From assembly GCA_012719395.1 (NCBI GenBank), contig JAAYAL010000035.1, positions 6,084 through 70,083 of the forward strand: a stretch of DNA of 64,000 nucleotides, written 5' to 3'. Made by a program: the position numbers and the translations under genes. This document shows, in pieces, positions 19,525 through 29,193 of this stretch. The DNA comes from Gaiellales bacterium. Its GTDB lineage: Bacteria > Actinomycetota > Thermoleophilia > RBG-16-64-13. The first letter of the stretch is position 1. The number at the start of each line of letters is the position of its first letter. The notes below the pieces were generated by a model that ran no database searches, was not told the DNA's origin, and saw only the letters and a list, made by a program, of their open reading frames with translations.

Positions 19525-19707
19525 ACCATATCACGCCGACCGCCTGTGCGGGCACGCCGGCATGTCGGCGTGCCGGTCCTGTCGCGTCGGCCAGGAGGTG
19601 CCAAACGGCGCCCTGTTTGCTCGCGGGGGAGACACGCAATCCGGTATCCTGTTGCGGGCCGCCCACATCCCCGGGACGGTCGGGAGAGGAGGACCGTCAC
19701 GGGCACC

Positions 19708-21210
19708 GTGGGTTTCGACAACCAGAAGTACCTGGAGGAGCAGAGCCGCGCCATCGTGAGCCGCGCCGGGCGCATCGGCGGCAGGCTCTATCTGGAGTTC
19801 GGCGGGAAGATCACCTACGACTTCCACGCCGCGCGCGTGCTGCCGGGCTATGACCCCAACGTCAAGATCCGGCTGCTGCAGCAGCTCAAGGACCAGGTGG
19901 AAATCATCGTCTGCATCTACGCTGGTGCCATCGAGCAGCGCAAGGTGCGCGCCGATTTCGGCATCCCCTACGACGTGGATGCGCAGAAGCTCATCGACGA
20001 CCTGCGCGACTGGGGTCTCCCCGTGCGCGCCGTGGTCATCACCCGCTTCGAGGATCAGCCCTCGGCCCGCGTCTTTCGGGCGCGGCTGGAGCGCCGCAGC
20101 ATTGCCGTCTACACCCATCGCTTCACCAGCGGTTACCCCACTGATGTGGACCGCATCGTCAGCCGGGAGGGCTACGGTGCCAACGATTACATCCCCACCG
20201 AACGGCCGGTGGTGGTGGTGGCCGGCCCGGGGCCGGGGAGCGGCAAGCTGGCCACCTGCCTGTCCCAGCTCTACCACGAGCATCGGCGCGGCAACGCTGC
20301 CGGCTACGCCAAGTTCGAGACCTTTCCCATCTGGGACCTGCCGCTCAAGCACCCGGTCAACGTGGCCTACGAAGCGGCCACGGTGGAGCTCCACGACGTT
20401 AACCAGATCGACCCCTACCACCTGGCGGCCTACGGCGAGCAGGCGGTGAACTACAATCGGGACATCGAGGCCTTCCCCCTGCTGGCGCGCATCCTGCAGC
20501 GGGTGGGGGGAGCCGCTTTCTACCGGTCGCCCACCGACATGGGCGTCAACCGCGCCGGCTCCGCCATTGTGGATGACGGCGTGGTGCGTGTCGCCGCCGA
20601 GCAGGAGGTCATCCGCCGCCACTTCCGCTATGCCTGCGAGTACGCCGTGGGCTTGGTGGAGCGCGAGGATGCGGAGCGCGCTCAGCTCATCATGCACGAG
20701 TTGGGCTTGGACGAGGAGCAACGAGTGGTGGTCCTGCCGGCCCGGCAGGCGGCTGCCGAGGGGGAAGCCAAGGGCAAAGGCAACGACGGCGTCTACTGTG
20801 GAGCGGCCATCGCTCTGCCGGACGGCCAGATCGTCACCGGCAAGAACTCCACGCTCATGCATGCCGCCTCCGCGGTGGTGCTGAACGCTGTGAAGCACCT
20901 CTCCCGGATCCCGGACGAGATGCCGTTACTCACCCCGGCGGTGATGGAGTCCATCGCCGCTCTCAAGAAGAACGTGCTGCGCATGAAGTCGGTGAGCCTG
21001 GATCTGGACGAGATGTTGATCGCCCTGGGCATCAGCAGCGCCACCAATCCGGCCGCGGCTGCCGCGGTGGGCCATCTCACCGACCTGGCGGGGTGCGAGT
21101 TCCACACCACCCACCTGCCCACCGCCGGCGACGAAGCCGGCCTCCGGCGCCTCGGTCTCAACGCCACCAGCGATCCGCAGTTCGCCACCCAGTCGCTGGT
21201 CATCGGTTAG
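19708..21210 (+). CDS. DUF1846 (UPF0371) family protein
   Basis: The N-terminus GFDNQKYLEEQSRAIVSRAGRIGGRLYLEFGGKITYDFHAARVLPGYDPNVKIRLLQQLKDQVEIIVCIYAG matches UPF0371. The likely start is the GTG near 19708, downstream of GGAGAGGAGGA. The track ORF start at 19372 overlaps the divergent purL. Confidence 0.7.
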   Translation: MGFDNQKYLEEQSRAIVSRAGRIGGRLYLEFGGKITYDFHAARVLPGYDPNVKIRLLQQLKDQVEIIVCIYAGAIEQRKVRADFGIPYDVDAQKLIDDLRDWGLPVRAVVITRFEDQPSARVFRARLERRSIAVYTHRFTSGYPTDVDRIVSREGYGANDYIPTERPVVVVAGPGPGSGKLATCLSQLYHEHRRGNAAGYAKFETFPIWDLPLKHPVNVAYEAATVELHDVNQIDPYHLAAYGEQAVNYNRDIEAFPLLARILQRVGGAAFYRSPTDMGVNRAGSAIVDDGVVRVAAEQEVIRRHFRYACEYAVGLVEREDAERAQLIMHELGLDEEQRVVVLPARQAAAEGEAKGKGNDGVYCGAAIALPDGQIVTGKNSTLMHAASAVVLNAVKHLSRIPDEMPLLTPAVMESIAALKKNVLRMKSVSLDLDEMLIALGISSATNPAAAAAVGHLTDLAGCEFHTTHLPTAGDEAGLRRLGLNATSDPQFATQSLVIG

Positions 21211-21427
21211 GGCGGTGCGGCCGGCGCGAAGGAGGCGGCAAGGGCTGTGGGAGCCGGTGCTGCTCAGTCAGGCGCTGAGCGCGTCTCGCCGAGGAGCGCC
21301 GCCCGCATCGCCCGCTGCAGGTGGACGGCGCGCTCGCTCCCTGACGGCCGCGCTTTGACCTGCTACAGTGAGGGGCCGGTGGCAGCGTCTGCTGCCCCCG
21401 GCCCCTGCATTTCACGGAAGGAGCCGG

Positions 21428-22012
21428 ATGCTGAGCTTCACGGAGGATCTGGAGGCGGCTCGCCGCGTGCACGGTGGCCGTCACTACTGCCACGGTCTGG
21501 TGCTGGGTGTGCGCTTGGCTCGTGTAGGCTGTCGGCTTCTGGGCTTGGAGGACCCGGCCCACTATCGGGATCTAATGGTGTATGCGGAGACGGATCGTTG
21601 TGCCGCCGATGCCGTGAGCGGCGTTACCGGTGCCACCCTGGGTCGTCGCCGCCTCAAATGGGTGGACTACGGCAAGTTCGCTGCCACGTTCCTGGACTTG
21701 GCTACAGGCAGGGCGGTGCGGGTGTGGGCACGCTCCGACGTCCCCCACGGGCGCCCGGAGCAGGACGCCGTGGAGATGTGGGCTGGCTTCACGGACGATG
21801 AGCTCTTCGGCTGGGACTGGGTGGAGGTGGAGGTGCCGGTCTGCGACCTCCCGGGCCGGCCCCGTTGCCGGGTGCGGTGTGAGGCCTGTGGGGAAGAGGT
21901 GCGTGATGGCCGTCATCGCCGGGTGGAGGGCCGCAACCTGTGCCGGGCCTGCGCCGGAGGCGCATACTATTCGGTCAAGAGGCTGCAGCGGGATGGGGCT
22001 TCGGCGGCCTAG
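21428..22012 (+). CDS. FmdE/FwdE family protein with C-terminal zinc ribbon
   Basis: It carries MLSFTEDLEAARRVHGGRHYCHGLVLGVRLA...YRDLMVYAETDRCAADAVSGVTGATLGRRRLKWVDYGKFAATF, followed by CRVRCEACGE...CRACAG. Confidence 0.65.
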   Translation: MLSFTEDLEAARRVHGGRHYCHGLVLGVRLARVGCRLLGLEDPAHYRDLMVYAETDRCAADAVSGVTGATLGRRRLKWVDYGKFAATFLDLATGRAVRVWARSDVPHGRPEQDAVEMWAGFTDDELFGWDWVEVEVPVCDLPGRPRCRVRCEACGEEVRDGRHRRVEGRNLCRACAGGAYYSVKRLQRDGASAA

Positions 22013-22069
22013 GCGCAGGGGCGAATCGCAGGGGCGAATCGGATACCCAGCAGGAGGAAACAGCCCGGG

Positions 22070-23317
22070 ATGAGCAGCGCATTGGGACAGATCTCGTTGG
22101 CCGTGCTGGTGGGCGGCGAATCCCGGCGTATGGGCTCTGACAAGGCCTTCGCGCCCTTCGCGGGTACAACACTGTTGGCGTGGATGCTGGAGCGCTTTGG
22201 TCCCGCCTTTGCCCACACCTTCATCGTGGCCAACGACGCGTCGCGGTACGCGGATACGGGGGTCCCGGTGGTGAGCGATGCTCTCGCGGAGAGAGGCTCC
22301 ATCGTGGGCGTGTATTCGGCTGCGCTGGCCTCGCCCACGGAGCGTGTTCTCTGCCTGGGCTGCGACATGCCGTTCGTGACGCTGGAGGTCCTGCGCTGCC
22401 TCGCGGCCGAGTCTCAAGGTCACGACATCTGCGTGCCTCGCCACGACGGCGTTATGGAGCCCCTGTGTGCCGTGTATTCGCGCTCGGCTCTACCGGCACT
22501 GCGTTCGGTGGTGGAGGGGGGCGAGCGACGCATCTATGCCTCCTATCCGCTGGTGGACACGGGGTATTGGGATATGGACCCTGTGCGCTTCGCCGATGCT
22601 GATCGCCTCTTCTCCAACATCAATCGCCCGGAGCAGCTGAGGGAGGCGGAGGAGCTGCTTGCGCGTGAGGGCGGCCCTCGGGGGGATCACGGCGATCCGC
22701 TGCGGCGGCTGGCGCCTCGGGTGAGGGCTTTCGTGGAAGCGGTGCCGCTCCCGGTGGTGTCCTTCGTGGGAAAGAAGAAGACCGGCAAGACCACTGTGCT
22801 GGTGCGTGTGGTGGCTGAGCTCGTGGCCCGTGGATACCGCGTGGCCGTGATCAAGCACGACATGCACGGCTTCGACGCCGACGTGCCGGGGCGTGACACC
22901 TACCGCCTGCGCCAGGCGGGGGCCACGGTCACAGGCATATCCTCGCCGGACAAGCAGATGTGGATTGTGATCACGAACCACGAGCCGGAACTGCGGGGGC
23001 TCATCGGCAAGGTGGACGAGCCGGTGGACCTCATTATCACGGAGGGCTTCAAGCGCCAGGCTTCGCCCAAGATCGAGGTCGCCAGGCGGGAACGTAGCGA
23101 GCAGCTGATCTGTGAGGAGAACGAGTTGCTGGGCATCGTCAGCGATATGACCTTCCCCTCGCACCGGGTGCCGCAGCTCTCAGTGGGTGATACTTCCGGC
23201 ATCTGCGACCTGTTGGAGGCGACCGTTCTGGGGCGCGCCGGCGTGGCGTGCATGGAGCCGGCTCCTGACCTCCAGGTGAGGCCGCGGGTGGAACGCGTTG
23301 ACCAGGGGGAATCGTGA
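22070..23317 (+). CDS. mobA: Molybdenum cofactor guanylyltransferase MobA fused to MobB
   Basis: The N-terminus has LAVLVGGESRRMGSDKAF (MobA). The C-terminal half has the P-loop VSFVGKKKTGKTTVLVRVVAELVARGYRVAVIKHDMHGFD (MobB). Confidence 0.8.
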   Translation: MSSALGQISLAVLVGGESRRMGSDKAFAPFAGTTLLAWMLERFGPAFAHTFIVANDASRYADTGVPVVSDALAERGSIVGVYSAALASPTERVLCLGCDMPFVTLEVLRCLAAESQGHDICVPRHDGVMEPLCAVYSRSALPALRSVVEGGERRIYASYPLVDTGYWDMDPVRFADADRLFSNINRPEQLREAEELLAREGGPRGDHGDPLRRLAPRVRAFVEAVPLPVVSFVGKKKTGKTTVLVRVVAELVARGYRVAVIKHDMHGFDADVPGRDTYRLRQAGATVTGISSPDKQMWIVITNHEPELRGLIGKVDEPVDLIITEGFKRQASPKIEVARRERSEQLICEENELLGIVSDMTFPSHRVPQLSVGDTSGICDLLEATVLGRAGVACMEPAPDLQVRPRVERVDQGES

Positions 23318-23637
23318 GATCAGGGTGTGCCTGCAGGGCTGAAAGGGGTGGGCACTGTGCGCACCACGTACCTCGGCCGCACGACCTGGTGGTGAACTTG
23401 GACGCGGTCGTGTGTTCGCCCCTCGGCTGTCTGCCGTGGAGTGCCACGAGGCCATCACCCGCCTCGAGGCCGCGCTCAGGTGTGCCGACGGTGACACCAA
23501 GAGCGTCTACCTCGAGGTAGAGTCGGCCGAGCGCTACGTCCAGGCGGGTGACCTGGTTCACCCGGCCTGAATCCGAGCGGGACCCGGCTGCCCGTGTCGT
23601 CTGGAGTCTCAGGCGGCCGGCGGGCGCGGCCGAGTCT

Positions 23638-25176
23638 CTAGGCCTGGAACTTCTCGCGCAGTAGGGCGCGTCCCTGGCGCCGGAGGGCGCTCATGAGGTC
23701 GTCCAGGTGGGAGGGCGTGGTGAGAGGGTTGATGATGGTCACCCGCAGCGCGCCCACTCCGTCCTTCTTGAAGGGCACGATGTAGAACTCGCCTGACTCG
23801 ATGAGGCGGCGTCGTAGTTCCAGCTGGAAGGCGCCTATTTGCTCGGCCGAAGCACGGCGCAACTCGTCCGGTAGGTGGCGGAAGGCCACGATGTTGCACT
23901 GCGGCTCGTGGAGCGGCTCGAAGTCGTCGGCCGCCGAGAGCTTCTCGTAGAAGGTGCGGCCCAGGGCAAAGGTGACGTCCACCATGTCGGCGAAGAGCTC
24001 TCGCCCGAACAGCGACCAGACGCCCCAGAGCCCGAATGCCGCCGCCCGCTTGGTGCACTCCACCGTCTTCATCCCGCTGTCGTACTCTGCCAAGCCGGGG
24101 GCGGCGGGGTCAAACAGGTAGGGCGCGTCCTGGCGAAAGGCCTCGAAACGGTGACGCCGGTCGCGGTAGAGGACGAAGGCGCAGAGGCTGGGGACGAAGA
24201 GCATTTTGTGAGCGTCCCATACCACGCTGTCCGCCTTCTCCAGACCGGTCAGCAGGTGGCGGTGCCGTGGACTCAGGACCGCCGCCCCACCGTGGGCCGC
24301 GTCCACGTGCAGCCAGACAGCGTGGCGGCGACAGACCTCCGCGATGTCCTCCAGCGGGTCGAACGCTCCAGTGGGCGTGGCGCAGGCGCAGGCAACGACG
24401 GCCACCACCGGTTGGCCATGCCCCCGCAGGTTCGCCAGTTCGTCGTCCAGTTGCGCCGGGTCCATGCGACCTCGCTCATCCAAGCCCACCCGCACGATGC
24501 TGCGGCTGCCCAGGCCCAGGATGCCAGCCGAGCGTGCCACGCTGTAGTGGGCGTCGGCATGCGCCAGGAGTGCGGGCGGAGGGCCTTGACGACTGACGCC
24601 GCTCTCCCACACGTTCCCCAGAGCAACGTTGCGGGCGGTGAGCAGGGCGGTGAGATTGGCGAGGGAGCCGCCATGCGTCACCAGGCCCGCGAAGCTCCCC
24701 GGCTCCCAGCCGATGGCCGTGCCCAACTCTCCCACCAGTGCCTGCTCCGCGGCTGTGGCCCATGGCCCCATCTCGTACACGGCCATGACCTGATTGGTGA
24801 CCGAGCCGATGGCGTCGAACAGCCCGGCGAGGGGCACGGGCGCAGGTACCTGATGGCCGATGTAGCGGGGATCATGGAGGTTGAGCCCTTGGTCCAGCAT
24901 AAGCTGGGCCAAGGCCGCGAACCGCTCGGTTACCGGGGCGGACTCGCTCTCACCCTGTATCTGAGCTCCTCGGTTCTGGAGCAGCGCCGCCGCGCGGCGG
25001 ATGGCGTCTTGGGGATCCGTCCAGGGCAGTACCGCACCCTCAGACCTTTCGGCTTTGGCCAGATGGTTGGCCAGCAGTGCGGCGAGACGATGGCCGGCCT
25101 GCTCCAACAGACACGGGTCATAGGCGGAGACGATTCGTGTGCGGGCGGCGGCGAGGTCATCCGGATGGGAAGCCAT
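23638..25176 (-). CDS. PLP-dependent group II amino-acid decarboxylase family protein
   Basis: The translation carries SVVWDAHKMLFVPSLCAFVLYRD (PLP-Lys motif) and ALLAHADAHYSVARSAGILG. Start is taken at the internal MASHPDD (25176) to avoid overlap with the STAS gene; the track ORF extends to 25236. Confidence 0.7.
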   Translation of the reverse strand: MASHPDDLAAARTRIVSAYDPCLLEQAGHRLAALLANHLAKAERSEGAVLPWTDPQDAIRRAAALLQNRGAQIQGESESAPVTERFAALAQLMLDQGLNLHDPRYIGHQVPAPVPLAGLFDAIGSVTNQVMAVYEMGPWATAAEQALVGELGTAIGWEPGSFAGLVTHGGSLANLTALLTARNVALGNVWESGVSRQGPPPALLAHADAHYSVARSAGILGLGSRSIVRVGLDERGRMDPAQLDDELANLRGHGQPVVAVVACACATPTGAFDPLEDIAEVCRRHAVWLHVDAAHGGAAVLSPRHRHLLTGLEKADSVVWDAHKMLFVPSLCAFVLYRDRRHRFEAFRQDAPYLFDPAAPGLAEYDSGMKTVECTKRAAAFGLWGVWSLFGRELFADMVDVTFALGRTFYEKLSAADDFEPLHEPQCNIVAFRHLPDELRRASAEQIGAFQLELRRRLIESGEFYIVPFKKDGVGALRVTIINPLTTPSHLDDLMSALRRQGRALLREKFQA

Positions 25177-25213
25177 GATGATGAGGTGCTTTCTCTTGGC
25201 GGTTACGGGCGCC

Positions 25214-25663
25214 TCATTCTCCACCTCCGGCCGCATGATCGCAAGCCGCGCCCGCCAGGGCGGCGGGAATGGCCTGCAGGTTGTCCAAGAAGCGAAAACC
25301 CGGACGATTCGTCAGCCCTGTCATCTCCGCCAGGCGCTGCACATTGGGGTTGGCATTCACCATCCCCAGCCACGTGGCGCCTTTGAGTGTCGCCACCGTG
25401 TCGAACAGGAGAGACAGCCCCCGGCTGTCCACGAAGGCGAGTCGGCTGCATTCCAGCAGCAGGGCGGGGGGCTCGGTGCTGAGCTCTTCAGCCATCGCCT
25501 CCCTCAGCATGTCAACTGTCTCCAGATCCAACTCGCCACTCACATAGATCAGGGGGGCGCCGAAGCGATAGGAGATCTGGATGTCGAAAGCGGGCGGCGC
25601 GCCGTCCGTGAGATGAAGCACCTGTTCCGGCACGCGAGGTGGTCGATGTGACGGCTTGGGCAT
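25214..25663 (-). CDS. STAS-domain protein (anti-sigma-factor antagonist-like)
   Basis: The SpoIIAA-like pattern GAPLIYVSGELDLETVDMLREAM...LLLECSRLAFVDSRGLSLLFDTVATLKG...ANPNVQRLAEMTGLT is present. The start is taken at MPKPSH. Confidence 0.6.
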   Translation of the reverse strand: MPKPSHRPPRVPEQVLHLTDGAPPAFDIQISYRFGAPLIYVSGELDLETVDMLREAMAEELSTEPPALLLECSRLAFVDSRGLSLLFDTVATLKGATWLGMVNANPNVQRLAEMTGLTNRPGFRFLDNLQAIPAALAGAACDHAAGGGE

Positions 25664-25837
25664 GAGCGTCCCCCTGTGGCATTTTGTCTCTGGAGGTGTG
25701 TACCCATACTGAGGGCGTCGTAGTCGGAAACAGGGGCGAGCGACGGCCGGCCGCCGGGCGTTGCGGGATCGGCATGATGCTGCTCCCATTGCGGGGGGGG
25801 GCGGGATGAATGACCCCGCGGTCCCCCAATGAGTTTC

Positions 25838-26485
25838 TCAGCACGAGCGCTCTGCGAGACCTCGAGCATGGTCGCGTACGTCGGCCGGCCATTGTGCCGT
25901 CTCCTCCTGGAAGCGTTCGCAGTTCCCGGCGAAAAGGGCGCGCACGGCCTCCTCATAGCCGGGTTCGTTCCCGGCCATGGCGGTCATGAAGCGGTAGCAG
26001 GATTCACGAGCCTCGCGTACCCGCACCTCGTCTGCCGTGGAGCGCCGGGCTTCCTCCACCAGCCTGCGCAGGGTGGCCGAGGCTCCTCCCGGCTGCCGGC
26101 TGAGCCAGTCCCAATGGCGTGGGAAGAGCGTCACCTCGCGCGCCACCACACCCAGTTTGGGCCGACCGGGGGACCGACGCGTCGGGTTGGGGGATGCTCC
26201 CTCCGAAGTGGTGGCCGGGGCGGTATCCGTTGCCGTGGTGAGGTGGAGCGACGCCTTGCTGGCTTGGGCGCCCGTCGCCCGTGTCGGCCCTGGTACCTGG
26301 GGGAGCGGGTCGCGGAAGTCCACGTCCACGGGGTGGCTGGTGTTGGCATCGAAGATGATGATCATGTCGTGCCCGCCCCGCTCGATGAGGGCCCTGGCTT
26401 CCATTGCCACCTGCTGCAGGTCGCCGGTGGCCAAGCGCGTGCTACCGGCGAAGGCGATGTAGGATTGGTTGGAGTCCTGGCCCAT
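25838..26485 (-). CDS. DUF2239-like hypothetical protein
   Basis: This 215-aa ORF starts SYIAFAGSTRLATGDLQQVA. Confidence 0.5.
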   Translation of the reverse strand: MGQDSNQSYIAFAGSTRLATGDLQQVAMEARALIERGGHDMIIIFDANTSHPVDVDFRDPLPQVPGPTRATGAQASKASLHLTTATDTAPATTSEGASPNPTRRSPGRPKLGVVAREVTLFPRHWDWLSRQPGGASATLRRLVEEARRSTADEVRVREARESCYRFMTAMAGNEPGYEEAVRALFAGNCERFQEETAQWPADVRDHARGLAERSC

Positions 26486-26529
26486 GTGTTGCCCCCTCTG
26501 TGGTTGGCGTGATCGGTCTGCAGCATTCT

Positions 26530-26567
26530 ACCCGGGTAATATCACCCTGTCAATAAGACCCGGGTAA
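26530..26567. promoter_or_regulatory. Direct repeat ACCCGGGTAA x2 (28-bp spacing) in divergent intergenic region
   Basis: Two exact 10-mers, at 26530-26539 and 26558-26567, flank an AT-richer spacer. They lie between the divergently transcribed DUF2239 and aminopeptidase genes. Confidence 0.3.
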
Positions 26568-26677
26568 AACCACGGCACACTCGGGAACAAGGCGCTGGGG
26601 GCGAGTCGTCCTGCGTGAACACGCGGGGTGCTAGTCTAGGTGAGCACGTCCCCGTTCCGGCCGTGGGAGGGCCGTCG

Positions 26678-27784
26678 ATGGCAGATGCAGGGATGGAAGC
26701 GTTGGCCCGTAACGTTCTCGACTATGCTCTGGCGCTCCGGCCGGGCGAGAAGTTGCTGATCGAAGGCGAGGCCGGCTGCGAGCCTCTGGTGGGAGGCCTG
26801 ATCGAAGAGGCGTACCGGCGGGGGGCCGTGCCGTACTTCGACGTCCAGGTTCCCCGGTTGCGCCGAGCCTGGCTCATGGGCTCCACTCGGGAGCAGATGG
26901 ATCTGCAGACAGGCTGGCACCTGGCACGTGCACAGCAGATGGATGCCTTCCTGTGGATCTTGGCCGGCGACAACTACTTCGAGTACGCTGATGTGCCCGG
27001 GAAGACCATGCAGGAGTGGAACCTGGCGGCCAAGCCGGTGTTGGACTTCAAGCTGACCAAGAAATGGTCCCTGCTGCGCTTTCCCACACCGGCCGGTGCC
27101 CAGGCTGCGGGTATGTCCAGCGAGGCCTTCGAGGAGTTCGTCTATCGGGTTTCCACCATGGACTACTCGCGGATGGACAAGGCCATGGAGCCTCTGGTGG
27201 CGTTGATGGAGCGCACCAACCGCGTGGACATCAAGGGCCCCGGCACCGATCTTTCCTTCTCCATCAAGGACATACCGGTAGTCAAGTGCGCCGGAAGACT
27301 CAACATCCCGGACGGCGAGGTGTTCACTGCGCCGGTCAGGGACTCTGTGAACGGCCGTATCACCTACAACGCACCCTCGCTCTACGACGGCACGGTGTAC
27401 GAGCGGGTGTCGCTGCTGTTCCGAGAGGGGAAGGTGATCGAGGCCACCGGCAACCTGCCCGAGAGGATCAACGAGATCCTGGACACGGATGAAGGGGGTC
27501 GGTATGTGGGCGAGTTTGCCCTGGGAGTCAATCCCTGGGTGGAGAAGCCCATGCAGGACATCCTTTTCGACGAGAAGATTCGCGGCAGTCTCCACTTCAC
27601 TCCCGGGGAGGCCTATGAGGACGCCGACAACGGGAACAAGTCGGCGGTGCATTGGGACCTGGTGCTCATCCAGACTCCGGAGTGGGGCGGCGGCGAGATC
27701 TGGTTCGACGGCGTGCTGGTGCGCAAGGACGGGCGTTTCGTGCTCCCAGAGTTGGAGGCGCTGAATCCGGAGCGGCTGGTTTAG
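26678..27784 (+). CDS. Aminopeptidase, M29 (AmpS/aminopeptidase T) family
   Basis: The M29 layout is present (LIEGEAGCEPLV...; LRFPTPAGAQAAGMS; DIPDGEVFTAPV; GEFALGVNPWV). An SD GGGAGG precedes the ATG at 26678. Confidence 0.75.
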   Translation: MADAGMEALARNVLDYALALRPGEKLLIEGEAGCEPLVGGLIEEAYRRGAVPYFDVQVPRLRRAWLMGSTREQMDLQTGWHLARAQQMDAFLWILAGDNYFEYADVPGKTMQEWNLAAKPVLDFKLTKKWSLLRFPTPAGAQAAGMSSEAFEEFVYRVSTMDYSRMDKAMEPLVALMERTNRVDIKGPGTDLSFSIKDIPVVKCAGRLNIPDGEVFTAPVRDSVNGRITYNAPSLYDGTVYERVSLLFREGKVIEATGNLPERINEILDTDEGGRYVGEFALGVNPWVEKPMQDILFDEKIRGSLHFTPGEAYEDADNGNKSAVHWDLVLIQTPEWGGGEIWFDGVLVRKDGRFVLPELEALNPERLV

Positions 27785-27819
27785 ACGCCGCCTTCGGTGG
27801 GATTGCTGAAGGAGGGGCC

Positions 27820-28209
27820 GTGGGGGAGTACGTGGAGGTGGCGGAGGTTGCCGAACTGGCCGACGGGGCTATGGGAGCGGTGCGGTCCGCCGGCAGGGAC
27901 CTCCTGCTGGCGCGCGTGGGCGAAGCCTACTACGCCACACAGCTTCGCTGCCCGCACATAGGCGCAGACCTGGCCCGGGGCAGCCTGCAAGGCACCGTGG
28001 TGACCTGTCCACGCCACGGGTCGCAGTTCGATCTGCGGGATGGGCACGTGGTTCGCTGGACGGACCGAGGCGGTGTGGCGCTGGCCGTGGCCAAGCGCAT
28101 CAGATCTCCGCGGCCGCTCAGCGTCTACCCGGTCAAGATCGAGGGAGAGCGCGTGCTGGTGGATCCAGGATTGGATGGGCCCAGCGACCGGACGCCGTCT
28201 CCCGCCTAG
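27820..28209 (+). CDS. Rieske [2Fe-2S] domain protein
   Basis: The motifs CPHIGADL and CPRHGSQFDLRDG are present. The start is GTG 27820 after AAGGAGG. The track ORF starts at 27652 and overlaps the aminopeptidase end. Confidence 0.7.
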   Translation: MGEYVEVAEVAELADGAMGAVRSAGRDLLLARVGEAYYATQLRCPHIGADLARGSLQGTVVTCPRHGSQFDLRDGHVVRWTDRGGVALAVAKRIRSPRPLSVYPVKIEGERVLVDPGLDGPSDRTPSPA

Positions 28210-29063
28210 GAGCACAGCCAGGTGACCGTGTACTCCAGGCTGGCGTCCGGCGTCAAGGGCTCGGAGTTCAGGAGCGCCCAGCGGCCGGATAGGCCGGCCT
28301 CGCGGGCCGCAAGTTCGAAGTGGCACATGGCGATCCCTAGGTCCACTCGTGGCAGATCGGCGATTCGCGTCAGTGCGAAGAGCAGAGAGCCTTTGCCGTA
28401 GCCCTTCTGACGCTTGAGGTGGAAATGCCAGGCTCCTTCCGTCCCGATCAGGCGCCAGGGCTGTTTGTTGGAAGCCGAAGGGGCCCAGCGCACCAACTCC
28501 AGGATGTGCGCGTAGGACCCGGCGACTCCCGGGGGCAGGGGCACACCCGGGCGCTCACTCCAGAACAGCTCGCCGGCGGAAAGGCGGCGGCTGCTTCCCG
28601 CGTGCGCACGGATGGGGTCGTGTGCTCTCTCCAGCGGGTACCCCGCGGCCACCACGGCCGGCATCACTTCGCCGACGCCGGGCCTGATCCGTTGCGCGAA
28701 GCGGCTCCGCGAGAACGTCCCTCCCAGCCAGCAGGTGCCCAGGCCCAGGTCGGTGGCTTCGAGCACCGCCCGCTCCATCAGGTAGCCGTAGTCCTCCAGA
28801 TTCCTTCGGCCGGACCCGGCTACTCCCACCAGGAATGCCGTCGCGCCTTTGACGAACCCGTAGGTGCCCAGGCCGCGCAGCGCTTGGGCGTCATGCGGGG
28901 ATGCCGCCAGAAGCGCGAAACGGCAGCGAGTGCCCAGGGGCCCGACCGTGTTCTCGGCCAGGATGTCCTCCAGGTGGCGGCGCGCCCCGGCCTCCAGCGG
29001 CGTGGCGCGATACGCGCGGCAGGAGTAGCGTTGTCGGATGATGTCTGCCAACGGCCGGTTCAT
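28206..29063 (-). CDS. Nitroreductase family protein
   Basis: The start MNRPLADIIRQRYSCRAY is preceded by ACGGAGGAAG. The nitroreductase fold motif LVRWAPSASNKQPW is present. Confidence 0.7.
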   Translation of the reverse strand: MNRPLADIIRQRYSCRAYRATPLEAGARRHLEDILAENTVGPLGTRCRFALLAASPHDAQALRGLGTYGFVKGATAFLVGVAGSGRRNLEDYGYLMERAVLEATDLGLGTCWLGGTFSRSRFAQRIRPGVGEVMPAVVAAGYPLERAHDPIRAHAGSSRRLSAGELFWSERPGVPLPPGVAGSYAHILELVRWAPSASNKQPWRLIGTEGAWHFHLKRQKGYGKGSLLFALTRIADLPRVDLGIAMCHFELAAREAGLSGRWALLNSEPLTPDASLEYTVTWLCS

Positions 29064-29193
29064 CGCTTCCTCCGTGTAAAGACTGGCCTGCGCTCCTGGG
29101 GGCACATAGACACATAACACATCGGCATCCAGAGGGCACGGCCCGGGCGCAGGGGTCGCGCTGCGCGGCAAGGAAGTCGATCAGGGGGATCTT

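Noticed and set aside
19525-19707. PurR-box-like palindromes upstream of purL (GCACGCCGGCATGTCGGCGTGC; CAAAC-N8-GTTTG)
   Set aside because: They are imperfect, and the spacing is not consistent with known PurR/PurBox operators. They are noted but not called.
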